Shown one piece after another: positions 24,401-35,269 of a stretch of 64,000 nt of DNA. The stretch is from Phyllobates terribilis (lineage: Eukaryota): NCBI RefSeq assembly GCF_046119375.1, contig NW_027362768.1:266352001-266416000 (forward strand). The letters are read 5' to 3'. The translations under genes and the position numbers were made by a program. Under the pieces are notes generated by a model. It was given only the letters and a program-made list of their open reading frames with translations, was not told the origin of the DNA and searched no databases. The stretch's first letter is position 1; each line of letters starts with the position of its first letter.

Positions 24401-25482
24401 GATGGGATGGGGTCAAGTTCACAAGTGGTGAGGTGTGATTTGGAGAGGAGGCAGGTAAGCTCTCCTTCAGTGATTTTGGAGAGGGAGGTTATGGGGGAAG
24501 GGCAATGGTCTGGAAAACAAAGGGGTTGTGGTGGTCGAACAATGAAGGCTTGCCTTGTTTGGTCAATCTTGTTTTTGAAGTGTGTGGCAAAGTCCTCAGC
24601 AGCGATGAGGGAGGTCGGAGGGGGCAGTGGAAAGTGTTGAATAGTTGTTTGGGGTTGTAGGATAAGAAGGCTATGAGGGTTGTGAAGTAGGCCTGTTTAA
24701 CGGAGGTGAGGGCTGATTTGAATGCGAGTGTTGCTTGTTTGAATGCAGTGAAGTCATCTTGCTAATGTGTTTTCTTCTAACGCAGCTCTGCAACCCTTGA
24801 CACTTGCCGAAGCTTTTTAGTGAGGTCATTGTGCCAGGGTTGTCTATTGATTATTCGAACTCTGCCATGCACAAAAAGGGCGACCGAGTCAATAGCTGAT
24901 GTGAGAGTGGCACTGCAGAAAGCAGTGGCGCTGTCTGTGTCGTGGAGTGAAGATATGGATGTCAGTGGTAGAATAGAATCAGAGAGTGTGTGAGTGTCTA
25001 GATGTGCAAGGTTTCTGCGGGTGTGTGCAGATGGGGATGAGAAAGTGAGTAGATGATGGTCAGATAGGGGGAGGGGGGAGATTGAGAGGTTAGATAGGGA
25101 GCAGAGTCGGGTGAAGATAAGGTCCAGTGTATGTCAGTCTGTGTGGGTGGCTGAGGAGGACCATTTTATACAGGTAACAAGTTAAAACAGGTGCAATTAA
25201 TACAGGTAATCAGTGCAGAGTAGGACGGTTTCTTTAAGAAAAACAAACAGGTCTGTGAGAGCCAGAATTCTTGCTGGTTGGTAGGTGATCAAATAGCATT
25301 TTTTTTTGCATGAAAGAACTATTTAATTATTTAAAAATCATACAGTGTGATTTTCTGGATTTTTTTTTAGATTCTGTCTCTCACAGTTGAAACTGAAGAT
25401 AAAAATTAGAGACCTCTCTATTCTTTGTAGGTGGGAAATCTTGTAAAATCTGCAGTGTATCAAATACTCATTTTCCCCACTG
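21435..25482 (-). mobile_element. Tc1-like DNA transposon (DD34E, long IR/DR-type TIRs), decayed and interrupted by L2
   Basis: TA|cagtggggaaaa...ttttccccactg|TA; about 200-bp TIRs; [13 protein letters not shown] start; HDSDPK...[12 protein letters not shown] with in-frame stop. Confidence 0.9.
22618..25163 (-). mobile_element. L2-clade LINE, 5'-truncated within the endonuclease domain
   Basis: [13 protein letters not shown]...[13 protein letters not shown]; HTLDLIF...SDHHLLTF near 25050-25130; (AAT)n tail at about 22620. Confidence 0.88.
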
Positions 25483-25619
25483 TATGTTCTCAATGGTACG
25501 GTGCTGCAGTCTCAGATATAACCCCAACCAGTTGTATAATGCTGTTTTTGTGGAAACAAAGCACATTCAGAAGATTAGTAGAAAGATTTGGTAGTTAAAC
25601 CCAACTGATATTGATGGGG

Positions 25620-25864
25620 CATCAATATTAAAGTTCCAAAAATTAGGCTGAGGGTGCCAATACTTTTGTCTGGCCCATTTTTGGAGTTGTGTGTGAAATG
25701 ATCAATGATTTGATTTTTGCTTCATTCTCTTTTGTGTTTTTTCCTTGCAAGCAAATTAAATGAAGATAATAATACCAAAGAATTTGTGATTGCAATCATT
25801 TTCAGGAAGAAACTGAGTATTATCTGACAGAATTGCAGGGGTGCCAATACTTTTGGCCACCACT
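25620..25864. mobile_element. Isolated Tc1-type terminal fragment
   Basis: Ends ggtgccaatacttttggccaccactg|TA with an internal direct repeat ggtgccaatactttt. Confidence 0.6.
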
Positions 25865-25946
25865 GTATATTGATGGCTGGACCATAAAATACAAGCACTT
25901 TTTACCATTTACCTTTTGTGTCTCCCCTACAACACAGAAACATTAT

Positions 25947-26805
25947 GGCTATGTGCACACGATGCAGAAATGCTCAGGATTTTTTTCCTGAGCGTTTCTG
26001 CATCTCCCTGGCGGAAAAAAACACATGCGGATTGTACATGCGTTTTCCTGCCAGGGACATGCGTTAGTGAAGCGTTCTTCACTTGCATTTCTGCATGCGG
26101 GTTATCAAGCGCTTTTCCAAGCGATTTTAGCCTCACTTGGAAAGTGCTTGACAACTTGGTCACACTATATAAATACATGCAAACGGCATGGATTTATATA
26201 GTGTGACCGAGAGAATGTCAAGAAATAAAAAAATAAATGTATACTTACCCTCCGATGGCCCGCGCTGTCTTGCTTCACCGTCCCGGCTGCCGACAGCGGT
26301 GGATTGAAGGACCTGCCGACGTCAGCGTCACATGACCCGTCACATGACTGACGTCAGCGCAGGTCCTTCATTCCATCGCGAAGTGCCGGGAAGCAAGGAG
26401 GAGCGCAGCGTAGGCCGCCAGAAGGTAAGTATACATTTATTTTTTATTTTGTTCTTTTTTTACCGTTTTTTTAATGTTACCTGGGTGTGGATGAGACTCT
26501 CCTCTCCTCTACACCCGGGTACCATCCGCACATTAGAAAGCACCAATTATGCAAGTACAGATGCAGTCTTGCGGAATTGGCGTGTTCTAATGCAAGTCAA
26601 TGGCGGCGAAAACGCAGCACTTCCGCAAAATAATTGGTAGTGCTGCATTTTTTTCCACAGCGGAAGTTTCCGCAGCATGTGCACAGCACATGCGGATTAT
26701 CATTGGGGAACATGGCAGGCCTTCTAACCATGCGTTTTTTAAGCGTTTCTGCAGCGTTTTTGCCGCTGCGGAAACGCTTAAAAAACGCATCGTGGGCACA
26801 CAGCC
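25947..26805. mobile_element. PIF/Harbinger-like palindromic MITE, copy 2
   Basis: TIR ggctatgtgcacacgatgc / gcatcgtgggcacacagcc; 3-bp TAT/TAA flanks. Confidence 0.85.
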
Positions 26806-27103
26806 TAAGGGTTACACAAAAGCATCAGTATAGCGTCAGTATTACAGGCCCGGAATTCTGAATTCACATGTAAAGAACTTTCATAGACTTCAAATGGGAT
26901 TTCTAAGCACACAACAGAAAAAAGTAGAGCGTACTGTTTTCTAAATGCATGCGTTATATACACCAATGTGACAAATCTATTGTTATTGGCTCTATGTTAC
27001 CTACAGAAAAATATGGAAGTAAAACTGAGGAATTTAAAAGACAGATCCTTTTTTTAATTTATTCTTAGATATCTTGGGTTATAAAACCATTACAATAAAT
27101 TAC

Positions 27104-27213
27104 CTGTAGAGCGATATCAAACGGTGTTAAACCATCATCAGTCATGCTCTTAAACATTTGTTTAGAAGCATCAACAAGGAAGATTATACTATCCCTTCCT
27201 CCAAAGCGAAACT
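27104..27213 (-). CDS. XRCC6: XRCC6 exon 3 (start of vWA domain)
   Basis: (E)[36 protein letters not shown]; 110 nt, AG/GT boundaries, phase fits flanking exons. Confidence 0.96.
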
Positions 27214-27386
27214 CTATTCAAACATAGAAAAAAAAAAGTAGAAAAATTAACCATCTTACACAGAAGCCGACTGACTAAATGCAAAACAGATCACAAAAAT
27301 TTGTAATTAAAAAACGTAAAACACAGAAATGTTAGATGTAAGGTTTTGCATAAAGCAAAATGTAAAACCGTTAAAAAGACTCTCAC

Positions 27387-27468
27387 CACTAGACTCCGCT
27401 TCCCCATCTTCCCGATCTTCATCCTCATCACCTTCTTCCTTAATGTAGTAAGATCCCCATTGAGCCAT
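27387..27468 (-). CDS. XRCC6: XRCC6 (Ku70) exon 2, first coding exon (exon extends to 27480 with 12 nt of 5'UTR)
   Basis: Translates MAQWGSYYIKEEGDEDEDREDGEAESSG, like human MSGWESYYKTEGDEE. 82 coding nt; acceptor ttctttgcag, donor G|GTGAG. Confidence 0.93.
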
Positions 27469-28055
27469 TATTTCAGATTGCTGCAAAGAACCAGCATGTA
27501 AACGGATGCTTACCCAAAAATGTGTAAACCATGCAAACACTTACAGTATATGCAATACTGGATATGTCGCCTTTACATTCAGTCATACAAGGGGAGAGGT
27601 CTCATTGACAGTACGGCTTCATTCACACTGCAGTATTTTTTCCACGCTATTTGTAAGTCAAAGCCAGCAGTGTCTCCAAAATACAGAAAAGGTATGAATA
27701 TCTCAATTATCATAATTATTCTCTAGTTTTCACTCCTGATATTGGTTTTCAAATGACGATGCAAAATACTGACATGTGAGTAAGGCCTTATAGTAAGGCT
27801 ATGGTCACAAGGAGTATTTTTTTCTTTTCGAGACATTCAAAACTTATGTTTATTTTAGTGGAAACCTCTTTAATATTTTAGCTCTTGCTTTTATTATCAT
27901 TTAAACAATTAGATATTTCTAGTTTTAATATTTCTGTGTTTTTGTATACTCTGTAAAAGTTTTGCTCGCAACAGTAACAAGGCAGGATGTTGATTTTCTG
28001 ATGAGCTGTTGGAATCTGGTTTGACCAGAAGTGAGTTAGCTTTTTCTGTAACTAA

Positions 28056-28527
28056 GGCTGCGTGCCCACTATGCGTTTTTCAAGCGTTTTTGCTGCGCCA
28101 TTTCCTCAGCGAAAACGCTTAAAAAACGCTTGGTAAGTATAATCTTGATTTTTTATTTTAAATTCTTTTTTTTTACAGGTTCTATGGTACCCAGGTCTGG
28201 ATGAGAGTCTCTTCTTCTCCAGACCTGGGTACCATCCGCACATTGAACCGTGTGATATCCGCATGTGCAGATGCAGTGATGCGGATGTCACGCGGTCCAA
28301 TGCAAGTCAATGGCGGCGATTACGCTACGTGTCCGCAAAATTAATGGACATGCTGCGTACTGTTCCACAATCATAATCCGCAGTGGAAATTTTCACAGCA
28401 TGGGCACAGCACATACGGATTATCATTGGGGACCATGGGGCACGTATTACCAAGCGTTTTTTAAGCGTTTTCGCTGCGGAAATTCCGCGTCAAAAACACT
28501 TGAAAGGCGCATAGTGGGCACCCAGCC
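28056..28527. mobile_element. Harbinger-like MITE, copy 3 (left arm and hairpin deleted)
   Basis: TIR ggctgcgtgcccactatgcg / cgcatagtgggcacccagcc; TAA/TTA flanks; right half matches 6730-7090. Confidence 0.8.
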
Positions 28528-29939
28528 TTACATATCCATTTGTGATCATGCACTGTGACTTGCATTCTGAAGACAATAAAAACCCCATGCACTTCAGGAT
28601 GGGTCAGACAGGCTTTGCCACAGACATTCAGACTCTGATCATCCAACACTCTGATTTGGTCAATGCTTGCAAATGTGAAAGACCCTTCAAGCTCTCCCAT
28701 AAGAGGGGTTTCTACCGCACACAATGTTTTTTTCAGGCAGGCAAACCTGCCGAGGTTTTCAAGCAGAAAACACTGGCATTTTTTCTCCTTTAGTGTCTTT
28801 TGCATAGTTTTTTTTTTTTGTTTCCTGAATGTTTTTTAAACATTTTTGGATTGCGGACATTTTTTTATTATTGTTTTTGCCCCACTTTTTTTTCCTCGCA
28901 TTTTCCAGACTATTTTTTTTTTTTTTTTAAACCTTTATCATTTTTTTCAAGCACAAACCCTGGCAAAACGCCCAAAAAGCAGCCTGGACACCTTCCGGGC
29001 GTCTTTTGAGCCTTCATATTGACTTCTATTATAAAGTATAGAGCATCTTCAGTGCAGAAAATATCTGGAGAATGGTCAGATCACTTCTTTTAAATGATTG
29101 GAGTCTCTTTAAACCTGAAGAGATTAAACACAGAAAGTCGTCTTTACCTAGAAAGGATCATTCTATTGAGTGTTTACTTAGCACTTTTTCAAGAGACTTC
29201 TGGAGGGAGTCTGCCTGAAGAAGGGGGTTTTGAAGAGTTTTGGGGGCACTCAGGAGCAGTGCTCACGGCACAAGATAGATGGCGGCCCAGTTACACAGTC
29301 AGATGAAATAACGCTACTAGAGAAGTTCTGAGGGCGCCACCTGGTCCCGTAGATATGGACATGAAAAGCAACAGAGAAAAATAAGGAGTACAGGGGTACC
29401 TGGAGGAAAGTCCGCTGCTATACACGGCCATATACATGACACCGGGTGGCGCCCTCAGAACTCTGTTTTTCTACTTTAATTACTTAATCTGCGTTTGCCA
29501 AGGGAGTATCACCCCCGCCAGGAGTCGGAGGTTTGCCTTATCGACTCCACAACCCTGATGTGTACATTTCACTACCGACTGCATATAGTCCATGTTCATT
29601 CCCTTACCATCAGGCACAAGGAAGTCAACATCCATTTATATGGGATAAGTGTTTATTCCCTATATATCGCATTTTTTCCATGTTCAACCACCTTCTTAAA
29701 AGGGAAAAGGTTACTCAAACCAAATATATATATTTTTTTTATACAATATTTGTCAAAACTTTCCACATACCGGTTTATGCACCTCGTCCTTTTTGGAATG
29801 TGCACAATGAAAATTTAGACTGAAGGCAGCAAAACCACTAAGGCACAAGGAGTTAAAAACATGAGTGAAATAAACCAGAATGTGTGAAGCCTCAGATTTC
29901 TCAAAGTACCCCCGTTTCCTCAGATGATAGCATTACGCC

Positions 29940-30230
29940 CCCTTGGTATTCTCTCCAGCAGCTTCATCAGGTCATCACGTGGAAGGGCTTCCAACAGTCT
30001 TGATCTTGTTCCCAGAGGTACCGAGCACTTGTTGGGTGCTTTGCGTTCAGTCAGCGGAAAACTCATCCCAAACCATCTCAATTGTGATGAGGTTGGGCGA
30101 TTGTGGAGGCCACGTCATCTGACGCAGCCTCCATCCCTCTCATTCTTGGTTACATAGCCTTCAGGTGTGTTTTGGGTCATTGTCCTGTTGCAACACAAAT
30201 GTTGGTACCAATATACACCTGATGGTCACA
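29940..30230 (-). mobile_element. Tc1 transposase C-terminal fragment
   Basis: Reverse strand reads like WPPQSPNLITIEMVWDE. Confidence 0.6.
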
Positions 30231-30303
30231 AACACTTTCTGAAGGCCACAAACTCCTACACTTGGACTCTGAGTCATTCCTGCTTATTTGAAGCCATTCA
30301 GGG

Positions 30304-30621
30304 NNNNNNNNNNNNNNNNNNNNNNNNNNNNNNNNNNNNNNNNNNNNNNNNNNNNNNNNNNNNNNNNNNNNNNNNNNNNNNNNNNNNNNNNNNNNNNNNN
30401 NNNNNNNNNNNNNNNNNNNNNNNNNNNNNNNNNNNNNNNNNNNNNNNNNNNNNNNNNNNNNNNNNNNNNNNNNNNNNNNNNNNNNNNNNNNNNNNNNNNN
30501 NNNNNNNNNNNNNNNNNNNNNNNNNNNNNNNNNNNNNNNNNNNNNNNNNNNNNNNNNNNNNNNNNNNNNNNNNNNNNNNNNNNNNNNNNNNNNNNNNNNN
30601 NNNNNNNNNNNNNNNNNNNNN
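30304..30621. other. Assembly gap (318 N)
   Basis: Run of N; ORFs spanning it are artefacts. Confidence 1.
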
Positions 30622-30641
30622 TAAAGATGCGATCAGAGACA

Positions 30642-30828
30642 GGTCCCTTCTATCAGTAATTGGTCAGTATTTTTTCTCAGGAGTGGGAGCCAAAACCAGG
30701 TGAGGAACAATCAGAGAAAAGGTCTAATAGAAACAAGTCACCAATTCTGCATTTATCACCCACTCCTGGTTTTGGCTCCCACTCCTGACAAAACATACTG
30801 ACCGAATACTGATAGTGGGGCCGTGGCC
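30642..30828. mobile_element. Small palindromic Harbinger-like MITE (family also at 39108-39302 and about 27625-27790)
   Basis: Shared core gccaaaaccaggtgaggaacaatcagag...ttatcacccactcctggttttgg with inverted arms. Confidence 0.7.
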
Positions 30829-31052
30829 TTACAGTGGACTACAAGGTGTAACACACTCTGCTGTTTCTTTATTCCTTGTTTTCCTTCCTTGAGTCTGAAT
30901 CTACAATGTGCACTTTTCAATAAGAAAACGGAAACCCACTGTGGGAACAGATGTGTCCAAACGTGTGAGCAATACTGCGCTACAGGAGCTCTCCTGTATA
31001 ATCTGCACATAGCCACCTACAAAGCACAGGGGGCACAATATCCACCTGCTCC

Positions 31053-31402
31053 ATGGACCTGGCCCTCCCCTATATCCAGCACCCTGCCGTTATTCCAGGA
31101 AGATGGACCTGGCCCTCCCCTATATCCAGCACCCTGCCGTTATTCCAGGAAGATGGACCTGGCCCTCCCCTATATCCAGCACCCTGCCGTTATTCCAGGA
31201 AGATGGACCTGGCCCTCCCCTATATCCAGCACCCTGCCGTTATTCCAGGAAGATGGACCTGGCCCTCCCCTATATCCAGCACCCTGCCGTTATTCCAGGA
31301 AGATGGACCTGGCCCTCCCCTATATCCAGCACCCTGCCGTTATTCCAGGAAGATGGACCTGGCCCTCCCCTATATCCAGCACCCTGCCGTTATTCCAGGA
31401 AG
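31053..31402. repeat. 50-bp VNTR, 7 identical units
   Basis: atggacctggccctcccctatatccagcaccctgccgttattccaggaag at exact 50-nt period. Confidence 0.98.
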
Positions 31403-31639
31403 CCCTGGATAGAAATCATACAGCGGGTTCTCTTTATTCGTCCTCTCGGCTCCTGGTCACACTCTGAAGCCATTGTGCTCGGTCTGCAGGGCAGAGCCTG
31501 GAGGACATGGCGCCAAGCTTCCACAGCACCGGGCTCGTCTGTTCTGCTAGGTCTGGCCCTGCACCGGCACATGGGACCCGGCAGTCAGTGCACCGTCACC
31601 GTCACCGTCACATTACAATGCTATCTGTAAACAGCCCGC

Positions 31640-32024
31640 GTGTGGCTCGGTGCGGGGCACGGTACCTCGGGGAGGACACACCGCCTCCTGGACGCGCCGT
31701 TCCCTTCCTGGACGCGCTCAGTACCGGCCTCCAGCAGAGCACGTCATTACCCGGCGCCAGCACTAGGGGGCGGGGTACGATGCATCAGCACGTTAGACAC
31801 ATCGCTACTCTGATTGGTCATGACATGGCAAATAGGCGTGTCCTCCAGGAAAGTGTTCGGCATCCTCCGGTGCGCGTGCTGTGGCATTCTTGCTGGCCAC
31901 TGTGATTGGCTGGGCTCACCGCAGTGGGCGTGTCTAACAAAGAGTAAGCTCGCCTTGTGTTACCGGGCTGTCAGACAGACGGTGCTCCTAGCCCGCGGTG
32001 ACGGTGAGGATTCGTAGCGCCAAC
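31640..32024. promoter_or_regulatory. Bidirectional CpG-rich promoter shared by XRCC6 and DESI1
   Basis: High CpG density; GC box GGGGCGGGG at 31767-31775; ATTGG (CCAAT) at 31813-31817 and 31905-31909; CRE half-site ACGTCA at 31741. Human XRCC6 and DESI1 are also head-to-head. Confidence 0.8.
31666..31790 (-). other. XRCC6: Candidate XRCC6 non-coding exon 1 (5' end approximate)
   Basis: Exon 2 has a proper acceptor, so an upstream exon is needed. Minus-strand GAG|GTACCG donor at 31666/31665 inside the CpG-rich block. Inference only. Confidence 0.35.
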
Positions 32025-32115
32025 ATGGAGGACACCCTTAGCCCACAGCTTGTGCAGCTCTACGTGTACGACCTGTCGCGGGGCCTGGCTCGCCGGCTCA
32101 GCCCGGTCATGCTCG
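32025..32115 (+). CDS. DESI1: DESI1 (deSUMOylating isopeptidase 1, PPPDE family) exon 1
   Basis: Kozak-like caacATGG; MEDTLSPQLVQLYVYDLSRGLARRLSPVML(G); donor GTATGT. Confidence 0.95.
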
Positions 32116-32193
32116 GTATGTTGTGCGCTATGTCAGCTGAATGGATATGACCGGAGACAGGTGATGTGATTAGCGCGGACTGCTGGGGTCGTG

Positions 32194-32207
32194 CTGCCAC
32201 CTGCTGG
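32194..32207 (-). promoter_or_regulatory. CTCF core motif in DESI1 intron 1
   Basis: Reverse complement CCAGCAGGTGGCAG fits CCASYAGRKGGCRS. Motif match only. Confidence 0.4.
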
Positions 32208-32321
32208 GGGAATGTGTCCTTAGCAGTCAGGTGTGGGGAATCCTAGAACTCGTCCTTAGGGGCCGGTAGTGTGCGCTGTAAGCCGGATCTGCTCACTGAC
32301 ATGGTGTTCTGCTTCTTCTAG

Positions 32322-32343
32322 GTAAACAGCTGGAAGGTATCTG
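32322..32343 (+). CDS. DESI1: DESI1 exon 2 (22-nt microexon)
   Basis: (G)KQLEGI(W); ttcttctag acceptor, GTGAGT donor. Confidence 0.94.
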
Positions 32344-32619
32344 GTGAGTGGCCCTCCTTGTCTCTACATTGTGCATGGCGGCCGGGGGAGCTGGCGGCTT
32401 CACTACAGGGATGCACCCACATGTGCCAACCAGTCTACCACAGGCATCCCCATGCCAGGCCTTGTAGCCATCACCATACACTGGCGGTGACCTCCTCACA
32501 GCCCCGCTAATCTCTGACAGGAGGCAGAGGTCTGGACTGGTAACCGCATGCTCACTGAAGAGTCAGATTACAGCTCCTACTCCTCTTGTAACTAGTAGCC
32601 AGTCACAAGCCTCTTCAGC

Positions 32620-33002
32620 GTGATGTAGGGTCAGAGACCCTGATTGCAGCGATGTGTCACTTACTGGGCTGCTATAAAATCCCTCTTTTCTCTGCTGCAG
32701 ATTTAGCAGTGCTATGAATGCTGAGCTCTGTGTAACCCCGCCCACATCACTGATTGGCTGCTTTCTATCAATGCTCTGAAATATGTGGATCAGTGGTGGG
32801 GACAGGGTTACACAGAGCAGGCCGACTACATGACATAAGACAACTAGTCCTCTAGTGATAATCTTCTGGTGTTAAAACACTGATTATATAGAAACAGCAC
32901 CACGTAGCCCAGTAAGTGACACATCGCTGGAATCAGGATCTCTGCTCCTACATCAGGCTGCTCTCAGATGAAATGGCAAAAACCTGCTGACAGATTCCCT
33001 TT
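32620..33002. mobile_element. T2/Kolobok-like MITE (related copy at about 35480-35870); left boundary approximate
   Basis: Ends acctgctgacagattccct|ttaa; internal arms agagaccctgatt...cacttactgggct shared with the second copy. Confidence 0.65.
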
Positions 33003-33452
33003 AAAACTGAGCTGTCTATGTATACTCGGCACTTCTGTGAAGTTTTTTCGCTGGTGCGCAGCCATTCAGTACAGACAGGGAGCAGATAGATGTATAAGAT
33101 CCCACTGCAGTGTATCCTTGCTGATAGCTTTCATTGCAAATTGTGGGTGTATGTATGTATGTATATAAAGTCATTAGTAATAAATATCCACTCCCACAGG
33201 AAATCTTTTCTGACCCAAGAAGCGTTGTCATGATGACTACACTTCGTGCTGTGAGCGCAGTGTCCAGCAGGGGGAGTATTTCTCAGTGTAAGGTGACTAG
33301 GCAGATCATGACCGCGCTGCAATAGTCACCCAGGAAGTGTAGACGGCAACTGAAAGTTTTACAAGTCATCGTAGAAGAGTTTAACATGGGAGAAAGTAGA
33401 ACCGTCACTGGCTTAATGGCAATGAATAATTGTTTTTTTTCTTGTTTTTCAG

Positions 33453-33522
33453 GCACACATCTGTTATTGTATTTAAAGAAGAATTCTTCTATGGTGGAGG
33501 AGGCATCACTAGTTGTGTGCCG
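33453..33522 (+). CDS. DESI1: DESI1 exon 3 (catalytic His)
   Basis: (W)HTSVIVFKEEFFYGGGGITSCVP; 70 nt. Confidence 0.96.
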
Positions 33523-34243
33523 GTAAGAGCTGATTGACAGCTTTTAATAATTGGCAAAAGTCACAATTGTTTCATTTTTATTTATTTATTTTTTTTAAAT
33601 GTTGCACTTTTGCAGTGATTAAGTAAGTACACCCCAGGGCCTCATTCACACGTGCATAGTTTCCTGAGTGTCTTGCATCAATATTTGCAAAACAAGACCG
33701 TTAAAAGAGAAATTGTAATGGAAAGTTGTGCACATTTTCTATGGTTTAGACCCATAACTGGCTTTGATTTACAAATACGGATGCAAAATTCTGCCCAAAA
33801 ATAAACCATGATCTGAAATAATGATTTCAGATCCTTTACAATTTTAATTAATTTTTACACCGATCAGTAATCTCTTCTCACCACACTCATTTTTTTTTCT
33901 ATTCATTTGTAATCTCTGCCTTTCAAGAGCAATAACTTTTAATTTTACTTTCATCATAGCAGGATGAGGGCTACAATTTGTTTTGTCTTTGTTAGTTTTT
34001 AATTCCACTATTGACTTGAATATGTGATCGCTGGTACAAATCTCAGCACAACCTCTGTACTGCTGTGTATCATCCTGTTACTGCTTTCTATTACGCCCCA
34101 TGGTGGACTGATGAGGTGCTTCTGCCTTACCACATAGATGAACTATTTATGCGGCATGACGAATAATACAAAATTTTTAAAGCAAAAAAAAGAAAACACT
34201 GGCTGAATTGCTGTTTTTTATATACCTTTTCATAAAGAGTTAA

Positions 34244-34825
34244 AAGGGTTTTCAGGTCTTCTGATAAAAGTTTGCAGTCACTCTATAATTGCAGACTTCT
34301 GAATCCTGGCAGTATGCAGTGCACACGCTGTCAGGATTCATCAGTAGTGCAAGTGTGCGATTTGCAGACGCGGTCTTGTGCCAACTAGAAGTTCTCAGTT
34401 TCTCTCTTCACTTGTGCCTGGCCTCTCTCAATACATCTACTCAGAATGCGGCCAAAAGTATGCAGATTGCGTTCATGTGGTCCTGTGACCACCCGCACTC
34501 ACTGGCAATACTGGTGAATCCCAGCAGTGTGCGCACCAGCTGCTGTCAGGATTCAGAAGTGTGCGGTCATATAGAGGGAGCACAGTAGACGCCGAGAAGT
34601 GTGCGGTCGCGTGGAGGCGCCGAGAAGTGTGCGGTCGCGTGGAGGCGCCGAGAAGTGTGCGGTCGCGTGGAGGCGCCGAGAAGTGTGCGGTCGGATAGTG
34701 AGCACAGTAGGCGCCGAGAAGTGTGCGGTCGGATAGTGAGCACAGTAGGCGCCGAGAAGTGTGCGGTCGGATAGAGTGAGCACAGTAGGCGCAGAGAAGT
34801 GTGCGGTCGCGTGGAGGCGCAGAAA
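34244..34825. mobile_element. TTAA-flanked MITE whose right arm has expanded into a 28-40 bp minisatellite (34556-34825)
   Basis: ttaa|aagggttttcagg start; palindromic gaatcctg...caggattc cores; repeats agaagtgtgcggtcgcgtggaggcgccg. Confidence 0.7.
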
Positions 34826-35196
34826 AGTGTGCTTTGTTATGCGGTTATGTTACCCATAAGAATGTGACTGACAAATACAACTCGGCAAAAATAAAGCCTC
34901 CTGGAGCATAATAATAAAATTGTGGGGAAAAATGTTTCTCATAAAGGCAAAAACTGTCTGTGATGCCAAGGGGTTAATAGATGTGTGAGGGGAACCTGAA
35001 CTAAAGAGTCTGTACCATAACCAGCGCTGGTAGGAGCGAATTACACCAGAAACACTTGTAATTTTCGCACGTCGCTCTGTGATCTTCGAGCCACAGAAGT
35101 TTGTTTCTGGCTGAAGGCCGCGTGCGGCTTGGAAAGTATTATCTGGGGAATACAGGACTGAAAATTCACAGCAAATATTGAAACTAGATACTTAAC

Positions 35197-35269
35197 CAGG
35201 GCTGTGGAGTCGGTAAGCCAAACCACCGACTCCACCAAAATGGACACGGACTCCAACTCCACAGCCCTG
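35197..35269. mobile_element. 73-bp hAT-like mini-MITE
   Basis: TIR cagggctgtggagt / actccacagccctg; 8-bp flanks tacttaac / caattaac (6/8). Confidence 0.7.

Noticed and set aside
30167-30703. ORFs of 178 and 123 aa
   Set aside because: They span the N gap.
31053-31402. ORFs 30823-31630 and a CRISPR-like look
   Set aside because: Pure head-to-tail 50-bp tandem repeat with no spacers.
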